The notes: a model not told the origin generated them from the letters alone. 58,998 bases of DNA, filler included, from Basidioascus undulatus (GCA_000826855.1; 9 parts of 9 records of this genome joined end to end with filler, not necessarily neighbours in it), one strand, 5' to 3'; numbered from the whole stretch's first letter, positions 26,015 through 39,573 are shown. Translations and numbers: made by a program.

Positions 26015-26197
26015 CTAAGACGACGCAGCGGCAGCGGCAGCGGGCTCTGCCGCGACCTCGCCCTCCTCCATCTGCGCCTCGGGAGCGGACGGCGCAGGCG
26101 AGGAGGGCTTAGCAGGCGGGGCGGGCGACGGCTGCTTCTCTGCTGCTGGCTGGGGCGCCTTGGTGGCCGCCGGGGGGGGGGGGGGGGGGGGGCGGGG
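26015..26197 (-). CDS. C-terminal fragment of a P/A-rich protein (5'-truncated)
   Basis: PAATKAPQPAAEKQPSPAPP…MEEGEVAAEPAAAAAASS* with TAG at 26015-26017. The contig breaks in a G homopolymer. Confidence 0.5.
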   Translation of the reverse strand, partial: PRPPPPPPPAATKAPQPAAEKQPSPAPPAKPSSPAPSAPEAQMEEGEVAAEPAAAAAASS

Positions 26198-26297
26198 NNN
26201 NNNNNNNNNNNNNNNNNNNNNNNNNNNNNNNNNNNNNNNNNTTAATTAATTAANNNNNNNNNNNNNNNNNNNNNNNNNNNNNNNNNNNNNNNNNNNN
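26198..26297. other. Artificial contig spacer
   Basis: N44-TTAATTAATTAA-N44. Confidence 0.97.
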
Positions 26298-28687
26298 CGC
26301 GCCGCGTCCGAGCAGGCCGAGCTCGAGGCGCGCGCGCGCCGGGACCGCTCGGTGCAGCGCGCTGTGGTGCGGACGGTGGACGACCTCGTCGCGGAGCACG
26401 CGCTGCGGGAGGTCGCGGAGGTCGTAGCGGACGAGTACCGCCGGCGAAGCCTGGCGGCGGACGCGTTGGACCGGTGGAGGCTTGCGGCTGTGCGGGCGGA
26501 GGATGCGCGCGAGTGGAGAGAGCGGAGGCTCGCTGCGTTTAGGAGGGAGGCGAGCGGGCTGTCGTTTGGGAGGAGCGTGCTGGAGCGGGCGGCCCGGGCG
26601 GAGGAAGCAGAGGTGGAGAGGATGAATGAAGAAGAAGAGGAAGAGGAGGAGAAGTTGGTCGACTGGGAGGAGACGGACGCGGGCAAGTCGTCCCACATGC
26701 GGGACGAGGAGATGGCGCGGATACTGAGCGAGGTCAGTCCCATCATCTCCTTTTTTTTTTTTCAAACGCAACAACGCTGACAACCTCGCGAGCAGAACGA
26801 ACGGACGCGACGAGAACTCTGGGCGCGCGGACAGCTCCTCGACGTGCTTTCGGACCACGTCGGCCTGCTCTTCGAGCGACAACGTCTCGCGGTCGGCCGA
26901 TGGGACGCGATCGTGTCCGTCCCGGACCCCGAACGCGCGAGCGCGCTCTGGCTGCGCACCAAGCTCGGGCTTGACGGCGGGCGCGTGGAGGCGCGGATGC
27001 GACAGGGCGGAGGGGCGGACGTTGGGGTTCTTCTGGGGGAGGTGCGTTGATCCTTCCAAGTTTGAGGGCTCGCAAAATGGCTCGCTGATGCGGTGGTTTG
27101 TGGACAGCCTTCTGAATGGACGGGCTTGGTCCTGTTCGAGCTGTCACCGGATCTCGCAACGGTGTCTGACACCCGACAACGGTGCGCCGCCTGTCCGCTC
27201 ACGTTTGCGCGCTGGTGCTGAACCTGCTGTGGCCTCCGTTAGATCAATGTTCCTCCGGCATGATCGACAGCGGCTCGACGCCCTTCTCGTTTCCCTACCT
27301 AAAACCAACGCCTTCGAACCCGCGCTGCTCGTCCTGAGCTGGGACAACGCCGCCGAGGGCGGGGACGCTGAGGTATGTTTTGGAGATGTCGTATAAGGCT
27401 TCCAATGGTGACTCACAGTCGGAAGTTCTCACAGCTTGCCAACGCGCTCGGCCTGACAGACCCTGCCTCCCCGTGGGTGGCAGCGTCCATGCTCGAGATT
27501 TCGCCCCCGACGATCGAGGAGCAAGCGCGAGAACAACTGGTCCGGCTCCTGCCAGGCTTAACGCCGCGACGGATGAAAACGATGACATTGTTCGGTGCGC
27601 ACTCCCCTCCTCTGCAGCGCTACGGCAGCTCTGACAGATGTTCCGGGCACAGACGTCGCTCTGCCGTTCACGGCGCCTACCGCCGCGGCTCTTCAGCGCG
27701 TGGTGAAAGCCTACGGCGAGAGCGAGAGTCAGTCGTTGTCTCTCAGCTCCGTTGCAGACCTGCTGACAACGTCTTGATGTAGTCGATCTCTGGCAACTCT
27801 GGACACGTCTCTTCAACACCGTCATCAGCATCCTCAACGAGCTCACGTGCGCGACTGCAAGGGTCGCCGCCGTGCCCGAGCACGGTCCGGACGACTTGAT
27901 GCTTCTTCCGGCATTCGAGCACAGTGCGACAGACGATCGGTACGTCCGTTTTGGTCCGTCTCGAAAGGTGTCCAGCGTAGCTGACGCTAATGGTCAACAA
28001 TGCAGGTCTGCGCACGAGGCCGTCCTGGCCTATCTCGACCGCGAGGACTTCGACCGCTCGCCAGATGCCATCCTCCTTCGCGCGGAGGTCTGGCGGTCGT
28101 TCGACGCTTTTTCCGGTTCGTCTGCCCAGCACCCTGATACAGTCCAGCATATGCTGACCCCCAGACATCAGCTTTCGCGACCACCCCCTTCCTCGAACGC
28201 TTTGCCGAACTCGTTCTCGCCCACTTCCGGACCGTCGTTGTCACCGCGCCGCCTGAACACGCCGCAGCCGACAACGTCCCTGCCCTCGAACAAGCGCTCC
28301 GCGTGCACGCCCGCGCGTTCGACAAGTACGTGCGCCAGGCGCAGGCGCTTGAGCTCGTTGGACGGAACAAGCGCCCGAATGTGCCTGTCGCGGAGGAGCC
28401 GGAGCCCAGGCGAGTCGTAGCGCCTCTTCTATTCAAAAAAATTATGTCTGTGCCGTGGTCGTCGGAAGCTGATGCTTGTCCGTCTACGCAGCGCCGAGGA
28501 CACGCCGAAGCGCAATCGTGTCGAGCGGCCACCCTCGGCCTCCCCCTCTCCAAAAGTCAACGGTATCGCGTCACCGTCGGCTGCCGGCGCGATGGCGGAG
28601 ACACAGGAGCCGAAGCAGCCTGCTACTACGCGGCGATTGAAAGACCTGATGGCGAATGTACGGGCGATGCTGGGTGGTGGTTCATAG
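26298..28687 (+). CDS. C-terminal half of a Sac3/GANP-like nuclear export factor (5'-truncated, multi-exon)
   Basis: Helical CID-like region (ADEYRRRSLAADALDRWR) followed by DEEMARILSE|NERTRRELWARG…SALWLRTKLG, similar to the basidiomycete Sac3 C-terminal pattern as recalled. The diagnostic SAC3 domain is not in the window. Ends LMANVRAMLGGGS*. Confidence 0.5.
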
Positions 28688-29172
28688 TCTTCGCATTTGC
28701 TGTACTGTATTGTTTATGGAGTTGCTTGCATTCTTCTGATGTTCGTGAAACTTGTCATGGGCGCGTGCCCTTTGGCGAGAGGCTGGGAAGTGTGCATACA
28801 ATCAGGCATGTACCGTCTCCGACGGGGCGCTTTTCGGGTGTCTGGGACCTCTCAGCCGCGCAGCAGGTGCCGCTGTCGGTTGGCTGTGTATACCTATTAA
28901 AGCACACCTGTACATGAAGAAGGGAAAGACGGCCCGCGGCTGTGTTCGCGGATAATGTCAACAGTACTGATTTGAGCTTCAAGGGGTGCCCGTGATACTT
29001 GTACTATTGTTCTGTATTTGATTTCGCCGCAGCCTTGATCAAAATGCTCTGTGCACGAGTTGAGGATCTCGAGTTCAGATCTCCCCCTGTTATCATCGCC
29101 TTCGACCTGATCTCAGCTCCCTTCCATGCCATACCACCCCTAAGCCCTACGACTTACCATGCATTCCAGAAA

Positions 29173-30320
29173 ATGGTTCTCCCACCTTTACTCTCCCTCT
29201 CCTCCGATGTCTTCCTCGTCATCGCCGACTTCTCCTCCCAGAAGGATCTCGTCCGCCCCAGCCTGGCCTGTAGAAAGCTACACGAGGAGCTTCAGCCTGG
29301 CGCCTGGCACACCTTACATCTCGATACGGAAGAAGACGTTTCCCGCTTGCAGGAAGTTACCAGCGTTCTATCGCTTATCCAGTACGTCCGGACCAATGAC
29401 CTTTCACCCCATCATATATGCCCCTTGACTTATTTTCACCATCAAATTCGTCATGGATTTAGACACTATAATCCCGGTCCATAGCCTCTTTTCGTCGAAC
29501 ACAACCCCGCGCTTCCCCAACCTCACCCACCTCACCGTTCACGACGCCGACGTCAACGGCTGCTCCGTCCCCTTCGAAACGCACAAGCACTTCATCTTAG
29601 ATACCTCGGCCCTCTCGAACCTCCGAACCCTCACCCTCAACCGCATCGTACTAGACCCTGGCGCGGCCGAGAACCTCTCGGCGCTGGAGGAGCTGAAGTC
29701 GGCCTGCTCCGCCGGGACGTCGCGCGAGGCTGCATTCGAACTGTCGCTAAGGGCTTGAACAGCTTGCCGCAACCGGCGCAGCTGAGGCGGCTGCGGGTGA
29801 CAGGTCCGCTGAAGGAGGCAGAGCTGGAGATGGTGGCGATGCGGTTTAAGGGGCTGAGGGAGCTCGACCTCTTGCACTGGTCTCGGAGGGGTTTGGAACT
29901 GGGAGCAGAGGTGCATTGCCCGGCTGCGGATCTGGTCCGTGCCTATCGTCTTCGATACCGAGAATTTCTTCAATATAGCTTAAAAATCTGAAAACTCTTT
30001 CAGGGCTTTTGCCCTCGTCTCCTCTCCACTCTGCCCGATCTCGAACGCCTGGCGCTTCCAGCCACCTTGCCCTCGGACGACAGCAGAACGCCGACGGATA
30101 TCGGCCTGCAGCCTGCGGAGGTCCTGCGGGATACCCTGGCCAACTCTATGGAGTCTTTGAGGGTGCTTCAACTCTCGGACGATGAGGTCAGCACTGGTAT
30201 TGCTTGGGCGAGGGATGACGCGGACAAGGCGTGGCATGAAGTGTAGGGGTTCCGGTGCGTCTCTTGGCTCACCCCCCTTACCGCTCTCCTCGTTGCGGTC
30301 CTCACAGCTCTTTAAACCTA
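29173..30320 (+). pseudogene. F-box/LRR-like protein, frameshifted
   Basis: MVLPPLLSLSSDVFLVIADF…LVRPSLACRKLH is F-box-like. LRR-like segments FPNLTHLTV, LRTLTL, LRRLRV and LRELDL lie in frames that switch near 29695 without an intron. End approximate. Confidence 0.55.
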
Positions 30321-32766
30321 CTAAACACTTCCACAGGCACTGGACGTCGCGCTGCATGACGGCGCTGGTGTGACCCGACATTGATGGACTGCCCACTTCT
30401 ATTTCTCCCCCCCTCACCACTTTTCTTTCTATTCTCGCATTGGCACTCCCTCTAGTTTAACTCAACCTCCCTACATTCTCGCTCGATCTCCCGAGAGTTC
30501 CTGTACCTAACCAGTGTCTTGCGAAAAAGCGTGACTGCGTCTGACTTGCTGCGCCGTCCGCTACCGCCGACATTCAAACCAATTGTGCAGTTACCGTGAA
30601 ATACCACAGCTCAAATCAACACACTGTAGTGCCGCATCTGCCGTCCTTCAACTGTAGTACTCACAAGGCAATCGGAAAACAAATCAATAACGCTTGTCAG
30701 ATAAACTGCCAGGCACATTACGAAGTGAAATGCGACGAATAAATGGCTTAGACTGCGCGATTAGACGAGCGTGCTCCGGTAGAACTCATTCACTACCTGA
30801 GCAGTGAAGCTCAACTCAGTCGACGGGCTCTTTCCCGTCATTCCCCCAAGATTGCAGTTGACAGCAGCGGCTCCTGACGGCCGCTGTGGGGCTTGATGGG
30901 ACAATACTTTAGATGCTCGGTTTTAGCACACAACGAGTTTCGAAACGCAGTCGTTCTGCGCACGCGTCGAACGGGACAGCAAGTCAAGGTCATCCGCAAT
31001 CCCGACAGCCAGCCCACTCGAACTACATCCAATAGTGATTGCAAAATCCCAAGACAGAAAGGTGGTAAACTGAAAGAGCTATTAAAAAGGTTCACCTTTC
31101 CTTGACGCGGTAGAAAGCGTCTTTGTAGGACAGGCTCTGCATGGGGCAGTTGATCTTGCTGGCAGCGTCACGCACGGGATTTGGTCCCCCTATTGCACAG
31201 CCTCGGCGATCTCGTTTGGGCGTTTCAATGCAATGTTTGTTACTTGCTGTGGCTGATGTGATCCTAAAGCGACAGGCCGCTCACTGGCCTTGGCTCCCCT
31301 CTCAACGCGCCTTCCTTTTCCGCCCTCGCACCGTCTAGACTACTTCAACCTCCCCAGATGTCTTCCTCGTTGATATTGCGGCCTAATGTACTTGTCCGAA
31401 CCCTTCACGTCAAAGTGCAACCCCGCTTGACTTGCTATGCCATCTGCTACCGCCGCCAATACACTCATTTGGTGAGACGTTTATGGGCGTACTTGTGCTC
31501 GTGATGTTATGTCAATGAAGAGAAAAATATCAACAGTAAAACGTTCGCACTTCATGCGTTCAGACAGAAATGCGAAAGATGGCAGCGATGTCGTTGCTTT
31601 CGCTGCTGAATGTAAAGCCGCCCGAACAACGCAGAGACGGAGGGCTCGGGTAATACACTCAAAGTTTTGAAGCAGCGTTATGATTCTCGGGAACTTAGAC
31701 CGGCGCAGAGTTTTGTGGGTTGTTCTATCTGATCCCACTCGTAGACTAGAACCCCTCCGCGGCAGCTGCAGCGAGAGACCGGGAAACGTACTCGTGGTCA
31801 ACCCACCACTCCCACTGCCGCGTTCACGTCCTAAGCACGGGATAACCTCAGCCACATCGTATCCCGTTGAAGGCTACTTTCCTGATAATCTTGAGGAAGG
31901 CCCCTTAGGCTGTGGCTGCGGTAGTGCGCTGTGCGTCGATTCTTCCTTCAACTGCTCCCTCCCCTCTACACTCTCACCGCTTTGCGCCTTGAGTCATCCA
32001 TGTACCCGGTGAAACGTCCAGAAGTTCAAGAGGGCAGGCTTGTCAACATGCCTTTATCGCCGGTGACTACCTCCCATTCTTTCGCTCAAAGTACTGCCAG
32101 TGACTGTCCACACCTAGAAGATGGACAATAGTGACTGATTTATTGTGATCGCGTTCAGGTACCGTATGCTTTGGAAGAGTGAAGTCAATACATAGTTTCA
32201 ATGCACAAGACTCGTCCAGCCTGGGAGCTGTCAAGCGCCGCGAAATTGCATCCGAGCTCGGTCTTTGTCCAAACTCGTTCATTGCTTCGTGCGTCGTCTT
32301 TCCCCTCGGTCGTGCTGCTTGCCTGGCGCGAGCAGCTGTCCATCACTAGCGAAATGGTGCGCGTCTTTCTCAACGCACAGGTGGACGGAGGAACGGCGTG
32401 TGGGAAAGACGGCACGCGCATGGCGGAGGCGGCTTGTTCGCGACACGCCTTCTCTTTCTCGACTCGCTCGTTGGGCTTGATCCATCACCACCGTGTGCTG
32501 ACTTGCGCTGGCTGAAGACGGCCATAATCAGTCGACTGGAGCAGTCGATCCTGTCTGGGTGAGGCACGCATACACCCGCTGTGAAGATGTGAGCTCATCG
32601 GTGTGCGTGCGTAGGTGTCCCTCCCAGCTCCAGCTTGAGGAGCCCAAGTTCTTTGACTGTGGGCCATCGATTGATTCTCTGTTGCGCTCCACGACCCACC
32701 AGTGCGCCCGTCCTCCCACCTTCCACTCCCATCTTGCCCTCTTACCACCACCACCCCCCCCCCCTC

Positions 32767-32866
32767 NNNNNNNNNNNNNNNNNNNNNNNNNNNNNNNNNN
32801 NNNNNNNNNNTTAATTAATTAANNNNNNNNNNNNNNNNNNNNNNNNNNNNNNNNNNNNNNNNNNNN
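32767..32866. other. Artificial contig spacer
   Basis: N44-TTAATTAATTAA-N44. Confidence 0.97.
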
Positions 32867-32904
32867 CCTCCCCCATCTCCAACTAACCGCCCTCCCCCCC
32901 GCAG

Positions 32905-32967
32905 TCCAAGAAGAGCGCAGTCCCCGCCGAAGCGGACGCGGCGCCGGAGGACGACGCGTCGGAATGA
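32905..32967 (+). CDS. Terminal exon of an unidentified gene
   Basis: CTAAC branch point and CAG acceptor, then SKKSAVPAEADAAPEDDASE*. Confidence 0.45.
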   Translation, partial: SKKSAVPAEADAAPEDDASE

Positions 32968-33328
32968 TCCTTCGCCCGCGTCCCCCCCGCTCTCCTGCCG
33001 TTCCTTGTTCCGTCTTTCGCCTGTCGTTCTTATACCACTCGCCTGTCCCTTCCCGACCCTTCCTGACCTCTGTCCATTATGTGCCCCTGTAACCCTCGCT
33101 CGCTTCGCCCGTTTCTCTCCGACTTGGCCGGTGTACGTTCCCCCGCCTCCTCCCCTTCCTGGAGTATATGAGCCCGTGTCGTGTGGCGCCGATATCTGTA
33201 CAATACCATCGCTTTCTTCTACATGCGCGTGCGCGGAGTGTGTGTGGCTTGACTGAGAGCGTGCAGTGATCCCTCAGTGTTGGAGAGTTGGAACGCAGTG
33301 CATCTCGCATCAACCCTCGGCGTGACGC

Positions 33329-34052
33329 TCACAAGCTCAACGGCGCCTCGGCCGTCTTCACATCCTCCGCCTTCGCCCCTGCCTGCCCTTGTTCTCCCTC
33401 CCCTCCAGAGCCCGGCGCCGCCGCTGCTGCCTCCTGCTTCCGTTTCTGCTCGGCGAGCCGTTCCCTGGTTCACCGTCCCCGTGGGGAGGTCAGCTCGGGG
33501 GGTCATCTCGTGGGAGGAGAGGATCGTGGAGGAAGGTGGTGAATTGGAGATAGGGCATAGAGGAAATGGGAGGGGGGAAGGAAAGTGGTTGGAAGGGATG
33601 AGAGGGGTTGAATGGTAGAGGGCGAAGAGAGAAGATGCACCTGTTCCGCTTCACCAGCACCCTTAGCGTCCGGGACTTCTCAATCTCGGTCATCTTATCC
33701 CAGCCCGTCTTTACCACGTGGAACCCGTCAGAATTGCTCGATTAATGCCGGGTGCAGATGTGGCGCAGGTGGAAAGCAGGAACAGAGAGGGCACGCACGA
33801 TCCGCGACAACGTCCCATCCGAATTAACCACCATCGGTCCCAGACTGCTCGCCGCTCCATCTCGCGTTCAGCACCACCCTGGAAAATGGGGAAACGGACG
33901 GGGGGGGGAAGGGTGAGAATGAGGGAGGAAGGGGAACGCAACTGGTCCAACGAAATAGACGCCCCGTCCACTTCGAGCGTCTGCAGGTCGTGCGGGTCGC
34001 GCGTGGGCGGGGCGGGGAGCGCGAGCGGGGGGGAGGTCGGTTGATCTGACAT
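33329..34052 (-). CDS. Small conserved fungal protein of unknown function (multi-exon)
   Basis: MSDQPTSPPLALPAPP…ISLDQL|GPMVVNSDGTLSRI|…WDKMTEIEKSRTLRVLVKRN|…ERLAEQKRKQ…PLSL*. The GPMVVNxDGTLSRI motif recurs in fungal hypothetical proteins. Confidence 0.75.
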
Positions 34053-37000
34053 GGCTGGTCGGGTGAGGTCTGGTGAAGGTGGTAAGGCAGGGAGGGGCAG
34101 AAAGGAGGCTGGAGGGAAGGGGAAGGGAGGCAAGGAGGGAGGGATAACCAAGTGAGGTGGGCGTGGGAGAATGACGCCAAAAGACGTTTCTCGGCTCGAC
34201 GCGTACTTTCCTTTCTGTTTTTGTTCATACTCATCCGTGCCACAACGACACCATAGCCAGCGGTAGGCCATGTGAGTTGACGGTGGTGTGGGGTGGGGTT
34301 CCATTCGCTTGCGCCGGAGCGGGAGACGAAGGTGAGGCGGGCGATGGCTTTCTGTCCCGGCTAACCAAAAGGACCCTTCAGTGGTCGGACTAATAGGTTT
34401 GTGTAGGGGGTGGTAGGTAGAGCGTGTGGCGGTGAGAGGAAGTGATAAAATGACTAGGCGATTGTGTGGGTGCTTGGGGATGAGGAGAGGACGAACATCA
34501 GTGCGTCTGCCAACTGCATTCTGATTTCAGCTCCGGTATTAGGACTGGCCTGCTAGATATAGAGCTACTTAGAGGTGGGCCGCAAGAGAATCTGATAAAT
34601 AATGAAGTAGTCCGGGAAGGTCAAGGGCGACGCGGCACTCAGCCCACCACCACGCAGTCCCTGGCTTAAGCAATCTTGTGATCCGGCACGCCCGCGCACA
34701 GACACTCGTTGACGTTCGCTGCAACTCCTTCTTTTCTCGCTGATTTCCTCTCGTGTCCAGTCGCAGCGACACTCCAACTTCTTTCGGCGCTGCGGGAAGC
34801 TCAGGACGTGGAGGGGAAGGGGGGGGAAGTGGGCCGGTGCTGGAAAAGAGAGAAGGAGGGGGAGGGGTGGTGCTTGTTTCGGCCTGAAACACAAGAGCAA
34901 GGCGGGCGGTTGGATTAGGGAGGAGGACAGGAGGACCGGGGACAGAGACTTGCAAAGCGGAGGATAGGCAGTAGGGCGGTTGTCAGTCTGATGTGACCTC
35001 GGCTGGCGCGCGCGCATGTGCTATGGAACTTTACATGTGTAATTTGGCCGCTTGTGGCCTGAAATACTTGCTACACAGCGAGGTCGGTAGAAGGTCTTGA
35101 GGCTGTTGTCGCGCATGCCTGAGAGCGTGCCTAGAAAGTGGCAGCGCAAGCATGCTCTTCAATGTACAATTTCCACCTGAAGCAGCTATCCTCCCAATTC
35201 AATCACCTTTTAAAAGCACTCCCACAAGTTTCTGAACAACAGCGATGGAAGCCGGGGCATGTCTTGGCCCCTTTTTCAGACTTCAAAATGAGTACCGCCA
35301 TGCCATGCCTCCCCTTCGCCCTCACTGCGATTGGGATGGGAAGGTCAGACCGGCTCTTCAAGTCCTGACGAGACGGTCGCAGAATGGGGACGCTCTCACT
35401 CACACTCATCCTGCATCTCCTCATCAGACTTCTCCAGTCCGAGCCCGCCAATGCATCTTCCCATCACCGCCTTGGCCTCCTCCTAGGGAAGTAACTCATA
35501 GTCCACGAACCGGAACTGGGGCCAGTTGAAAGTAAGAAGCTGCAGCTTGATGCGCAACGCGCGACGCGTGCAGTGGGCGCGATCGACGTCAAGCTCGAGC
35601 GCGATGGAATGCGACTACCAGATACGGTAACGATTCGCCGAATGCCATGCCTGCAGCGCTTCGGCCTCGTTCGAGATGCGCTCGCCAGGCGGCGGCGGCA
35701 AGTTATGCACACCGCTGAAAGCGATGGCAGCCCTGGCGGCGCAGTCGCCCTTGTGCTGGGGCCGGTCGGTGCGCTGGCAGTTTTTAGATCAAGAAGACAC
35801 TGCGGAACAGCATTCCATGAACTCCCATTGTACAGTTCTAGCAGGGCTGGGCGTTGCGATTGAAGACGAACCGCACTTGCACCGACAGCAGAGCCGATGT
35901 TTCGCCCCAGCGGGCTTGGCTAGTTCACCGCAGGACTCGCATTTGCCCATGATGCGAGATTATCTGGAAAATTCCTTGATCATGCTGTGTAAGTAAGAGA
36001 AGGTTGTAAACAGGTGGCATGGGGCGGCCTTGGTCGTCAGACGATGAGGATGAAAGTCGGAGGCAAGAGGGGAGGAAGAGCGCGCTGGCCGCGGAATGCG
36101 AAGTCTGGGGGCCCCTGTCAGTCCGCTTACGGGGTTGATAAAAGTTCCAGTGTGCGCCTTAACAAACGGTTGACAACTGTGCGGCAGCCGTAGAGCGCAA
36201 TGTATGTCTGACAGCGGGTAGATCGACAAATTATTGCCATGGCAGAGGGTTCCAGGGAATGGTCTCAAGCGTAAGGTTATGGAGGTAGTTGAGATTGAAC
36301 GCCCTTCGAATGACGCTCACCCACAATGAAGCGGTGCCTACATTGTTCGGGACCAAGGACGTCGGTGATCGCTGAGGCCACCTGACACCGCCGTTCCAGC
36401 TCTGGCGAAGCTTATGACCGGGATGGGTAATACAAAGTCCTTGGTAATTCAGATTTCGATAAAAGTTGCTGGAGCCAAACTTGATCTCAAGTTTTGCAGC
36501 ACGTCTATAGGCAAAAGAATTGAAATTGGCCAGGTTCCCTCCAGCACTCAGCGTCTGGTGCAACCTCACCCAACGGAGAGAACACTGTTTTTTCTATAAA
36601 AATGAATGCTGAGCACTCTCGCCTGTTTATTTATTTATTTAATAACATGCAGCGACATCGTGACACCGAGGGGGACTTCTGTGTTGCCTGCATCAGCTTG
36701 TTACGGCACCAAGTACCCCTGCTTCCGCAGTTGCTGTTAACTACTGGTATGAGGGCCACAGCTCCGCATTTGCTTTTTAGAAGGGGATGACATATGCGAA
36801 TGGGCCAGCAGCTGAGCTTAAGGCGACGCAGGAGCGCTTCACCACGAAAACAGGCAGGCTACCCCCAAGCTAATGATGGTAGGGTCAATCTGCATAATAT
36901 TAAATTGCCTTGGTTAGCAGAAACTCACTGTACGAAACGTAGACGCGACTGCATGGAGCATACTCACCTTTCGGACCATTGCCATTTCCTTGCGGAGCCG

Positions 37001-37074
37001 TTTCCGCCGATACCAACATCGCAAGATCTTCGCTCGCATCCTTCCTCATCTTCCCCATCTACACGCCACTCAGT

Positions 37075-38110
37075 ATGCGCGTACCCCTCGACGTCTTCCG
37101 TCTCATCATTCTCGAGATCATCGCTCCGGAATATCCGCTCGCCTTCGGGCATCCTCCTGAAGTGCAACGGGCGCTTTTCGGGCTCTCCCTGACCTCCAAG
37201 CCGATTCGATCGCTCGTTCTCCGCTATCAGTTGTCGCCCATAAATCGTCTACACTCTTTAGGCTCGAGAGCACACCGTATGCTGCTGTCGACTCGTTGGC
37301 CATCCGACTTACAGCTTGTCACGTGCCGCATTCCGTACTACGTTGCCAATCGATGTCTTGCCTTCACTTTTCGCCAAGCTCGGCCCCTCACTGCGGCGGC
37401 TCGCTCTGGGTAGACACAAGCCCATGCTGTCAGCCCCATGTTCGTTTTTGAATACCTCTACGCTGCTTTCGCACCGAACCTCCATGGGCCGAGCTGCATC
37501 GGAAATCCATCCTTCTTTTCTTCACTCTACCCGGTCAAAAGGCGTGCGTTCACTGCGATGGATGGACGGCCTTGGGAAGCGTGTTCGAATTGGGGGAAGC
37601 TCAAGCGTCTCGCTCTCAGACAGGACATTGTCGGCCTAACAAAATCGATCGAGCACCTTCCGGCTCTCACTCATTTTGTTTTGGCTATCCGGCACTGTGT
37701 TCGAGTTCGAATAACTCTTCACGATTTTGCCCACAGGGCTACGCTTCGTCTTCGTCTTCCCGAGAGCACTGACCACTGGGAGCTTGACCAGACTCAACGA
37801 GTTCACGCGCCGGGCGCAGGTCGCAGGATTCGAGGTAGTCCTTGTTTTCGTGAGCACAGAGCTTGCTAGTTGTTGCGTTCGGGACTATGACCGCCCAGAA
37901 AAGGCGGTGAGGGAATGGATGTGGGAGCGCACGATGGATCGGACCTTGTGGGACTGGACGAGTGGGACGGTGCATCATGCGATGGAGTTTGTGGGGTCCG
38001 ACGTTTATAGCTCGGAGGACAGCTGGCATGACAGCTCGGAGAGCGATTGGGGATTCGGCTCGGAACTTGATTCGGAGGAGGTCTCGGAGGATGGGGCGAA
38101 CGATGCATGA
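37075..38110 (+). pseudogene. F-box-like protein, possibly disrupted
   Basis: MRVPLDVFRLII…LFGLSLTSKPIRSL start, then LKRLAL/LPALTHFVL and VREWMWERTMDRTLWDW plus an acidic tail. The pieces lie in different frames without convincing introns. Confidence 0.45.
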
Positions 38111-39129
38111 TTCGGTCGTCGTCCATGCTTTGGACTGGCTCACGCCGCCATGGCAACAGTTTGGGACTTCCTAAAGCTGTCGGCCTCCGCTGCAGACAGT
38201 ACACTCTCGCACGGCCCGCAATGGTGTGTCATGAATGGGCAATTGAAAGGTCCCTGCGGCCGTAGGCTGAAACTCGCAGACAAACAAGCCTGCTGTTTTG
38301 AACAACCACACATTCATTCATTGACGGCTAGCTCTTCAAGTCCAGTCCACGCCAGCCCCGTGTCCAGCGGAAGCGATACAGGATTGGCGGCAACGTCGCT
38401 GTGAGGCGAGTCCTCCGCTACGAACTTTGCCAGTGCGTCCAGGCCCACGACCTATCCCACAGCCCGCAATCCCTTGATGCGCTCGAGGGCACGACCTATA
38501 TATGGAAAAATCTTGTAAGCGTCGGAAAGAGCAACTACAACACGATCCAGACTTACGGAAGAATGATGCGAAAGCAGACTGGCACTCCTGATTGACAGCT
38601 CGCTCGTACGCCTCTAGCGCAGCTTGGAACGTCTCGGCACACCAGACGATGCGGTCGTTGGCTTTCGCTCCGAGCTGGTGAACGATGATGAGTGAGATGA
38701 AAGAGGCCCGGAGAAGGTAGGTGCCATCTGTTGACCGTCTTTGCCATCAGATGTCGCAGCGCTGTCGAATGGAAAGCAGCCAAGGTGTGGATCTGCCTGT
38801 AGGATCTCCGACGTCGCCTGCAGGCTTTCTTTCAGCGAGTCACCAGGCCTCCGCGGCAGTTGCCCAACGCACCTCTGCAGCCCCGACCGTATGCTTGATG
38901 GCCGAAACGAAGTCAGGGCTGGCGATCCACTCGGCATCCTGCATTATCGTCCAAACGTCCCACTTCCCGTGCCCCGAAGGCTTTTTGAACAGAGGGAAAT
39001 ATTTTTAAAAGAAAATCTGGAAGGAGTCGCACTCCCCTGAGCAGATAGGTACGGGCGCGTAAAATGACTCCAGAAAGCAAGACCGGTTCGGCGCGCCCGG
39101 CCTGGCCTTCTCCGTCTTCCTCCCATCTC

Positions 39130-39331
39130 ATGTCCACCCACGTTCAACACCCACTGCACCCTCAACGCGGGCGATGGGCCATCGCGGTACACGCGGGAGC
39201 GGGGTTCCACTCGCACGCGCCGGAGCGGGAGAAGGAGGTTCGGCGGGCGATGCGGAGGTGCGCTTTCTGTAACCCATTTAGCGTGCGCGAGTGGTTTGTC
39301 TGATGAAGATGAGGGAGCGATGGGGGGGTTG
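39130..39331 (+). CDS. Taspase-1/isoaspartyl peptidase-asparaginase (Ntn hydrolase) N-terminal exon, 3'-truncated
   Basis: RWAIAVHAGAGFHS motif (asparaginase type 2 family IAVHxGAG), followed by a GTGCGC donor at ~39258. Confidence 0.65.
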
Positions 39332-39431
39332 NNNNNNNNNNNNNNNNNNNNNNNNNNNNNNNNNNNNNNNNNNNNTTAATTAATTAANNNNNNNNNNNNN
39401 NNNNNNNNNNNNNNNNNNNNNNNNNNNNNNN
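39332..39431. other. Artificial contig spacer
   Basis: N44-TTAATTAATTAA-N44. Confidence 0.97.
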
Positions 39432-39573
39432 CCCGGTGCGGTCAATATCTTTGCAGCCTGTTTGGAGCGGATGAGACGCGGATGAGACGCGGACGTGCAT
39501 GCACTGTCCTAAGTGTCAGATCTTGCCATCTGACCTTGAACACCAGTCTTTTTTACTAGTACTACACCCTTTG

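Noticed and set aside
34300..37000. Short ORFs in lower-GC regions (also 30400-32700, 43000-44300, 51300-52400, 56500-58200)
   Set aside because: No recognisable motifs, codon bias or consistent exon structure. No transposase, RT, tRNA or rRNA signature could be identified by eye.
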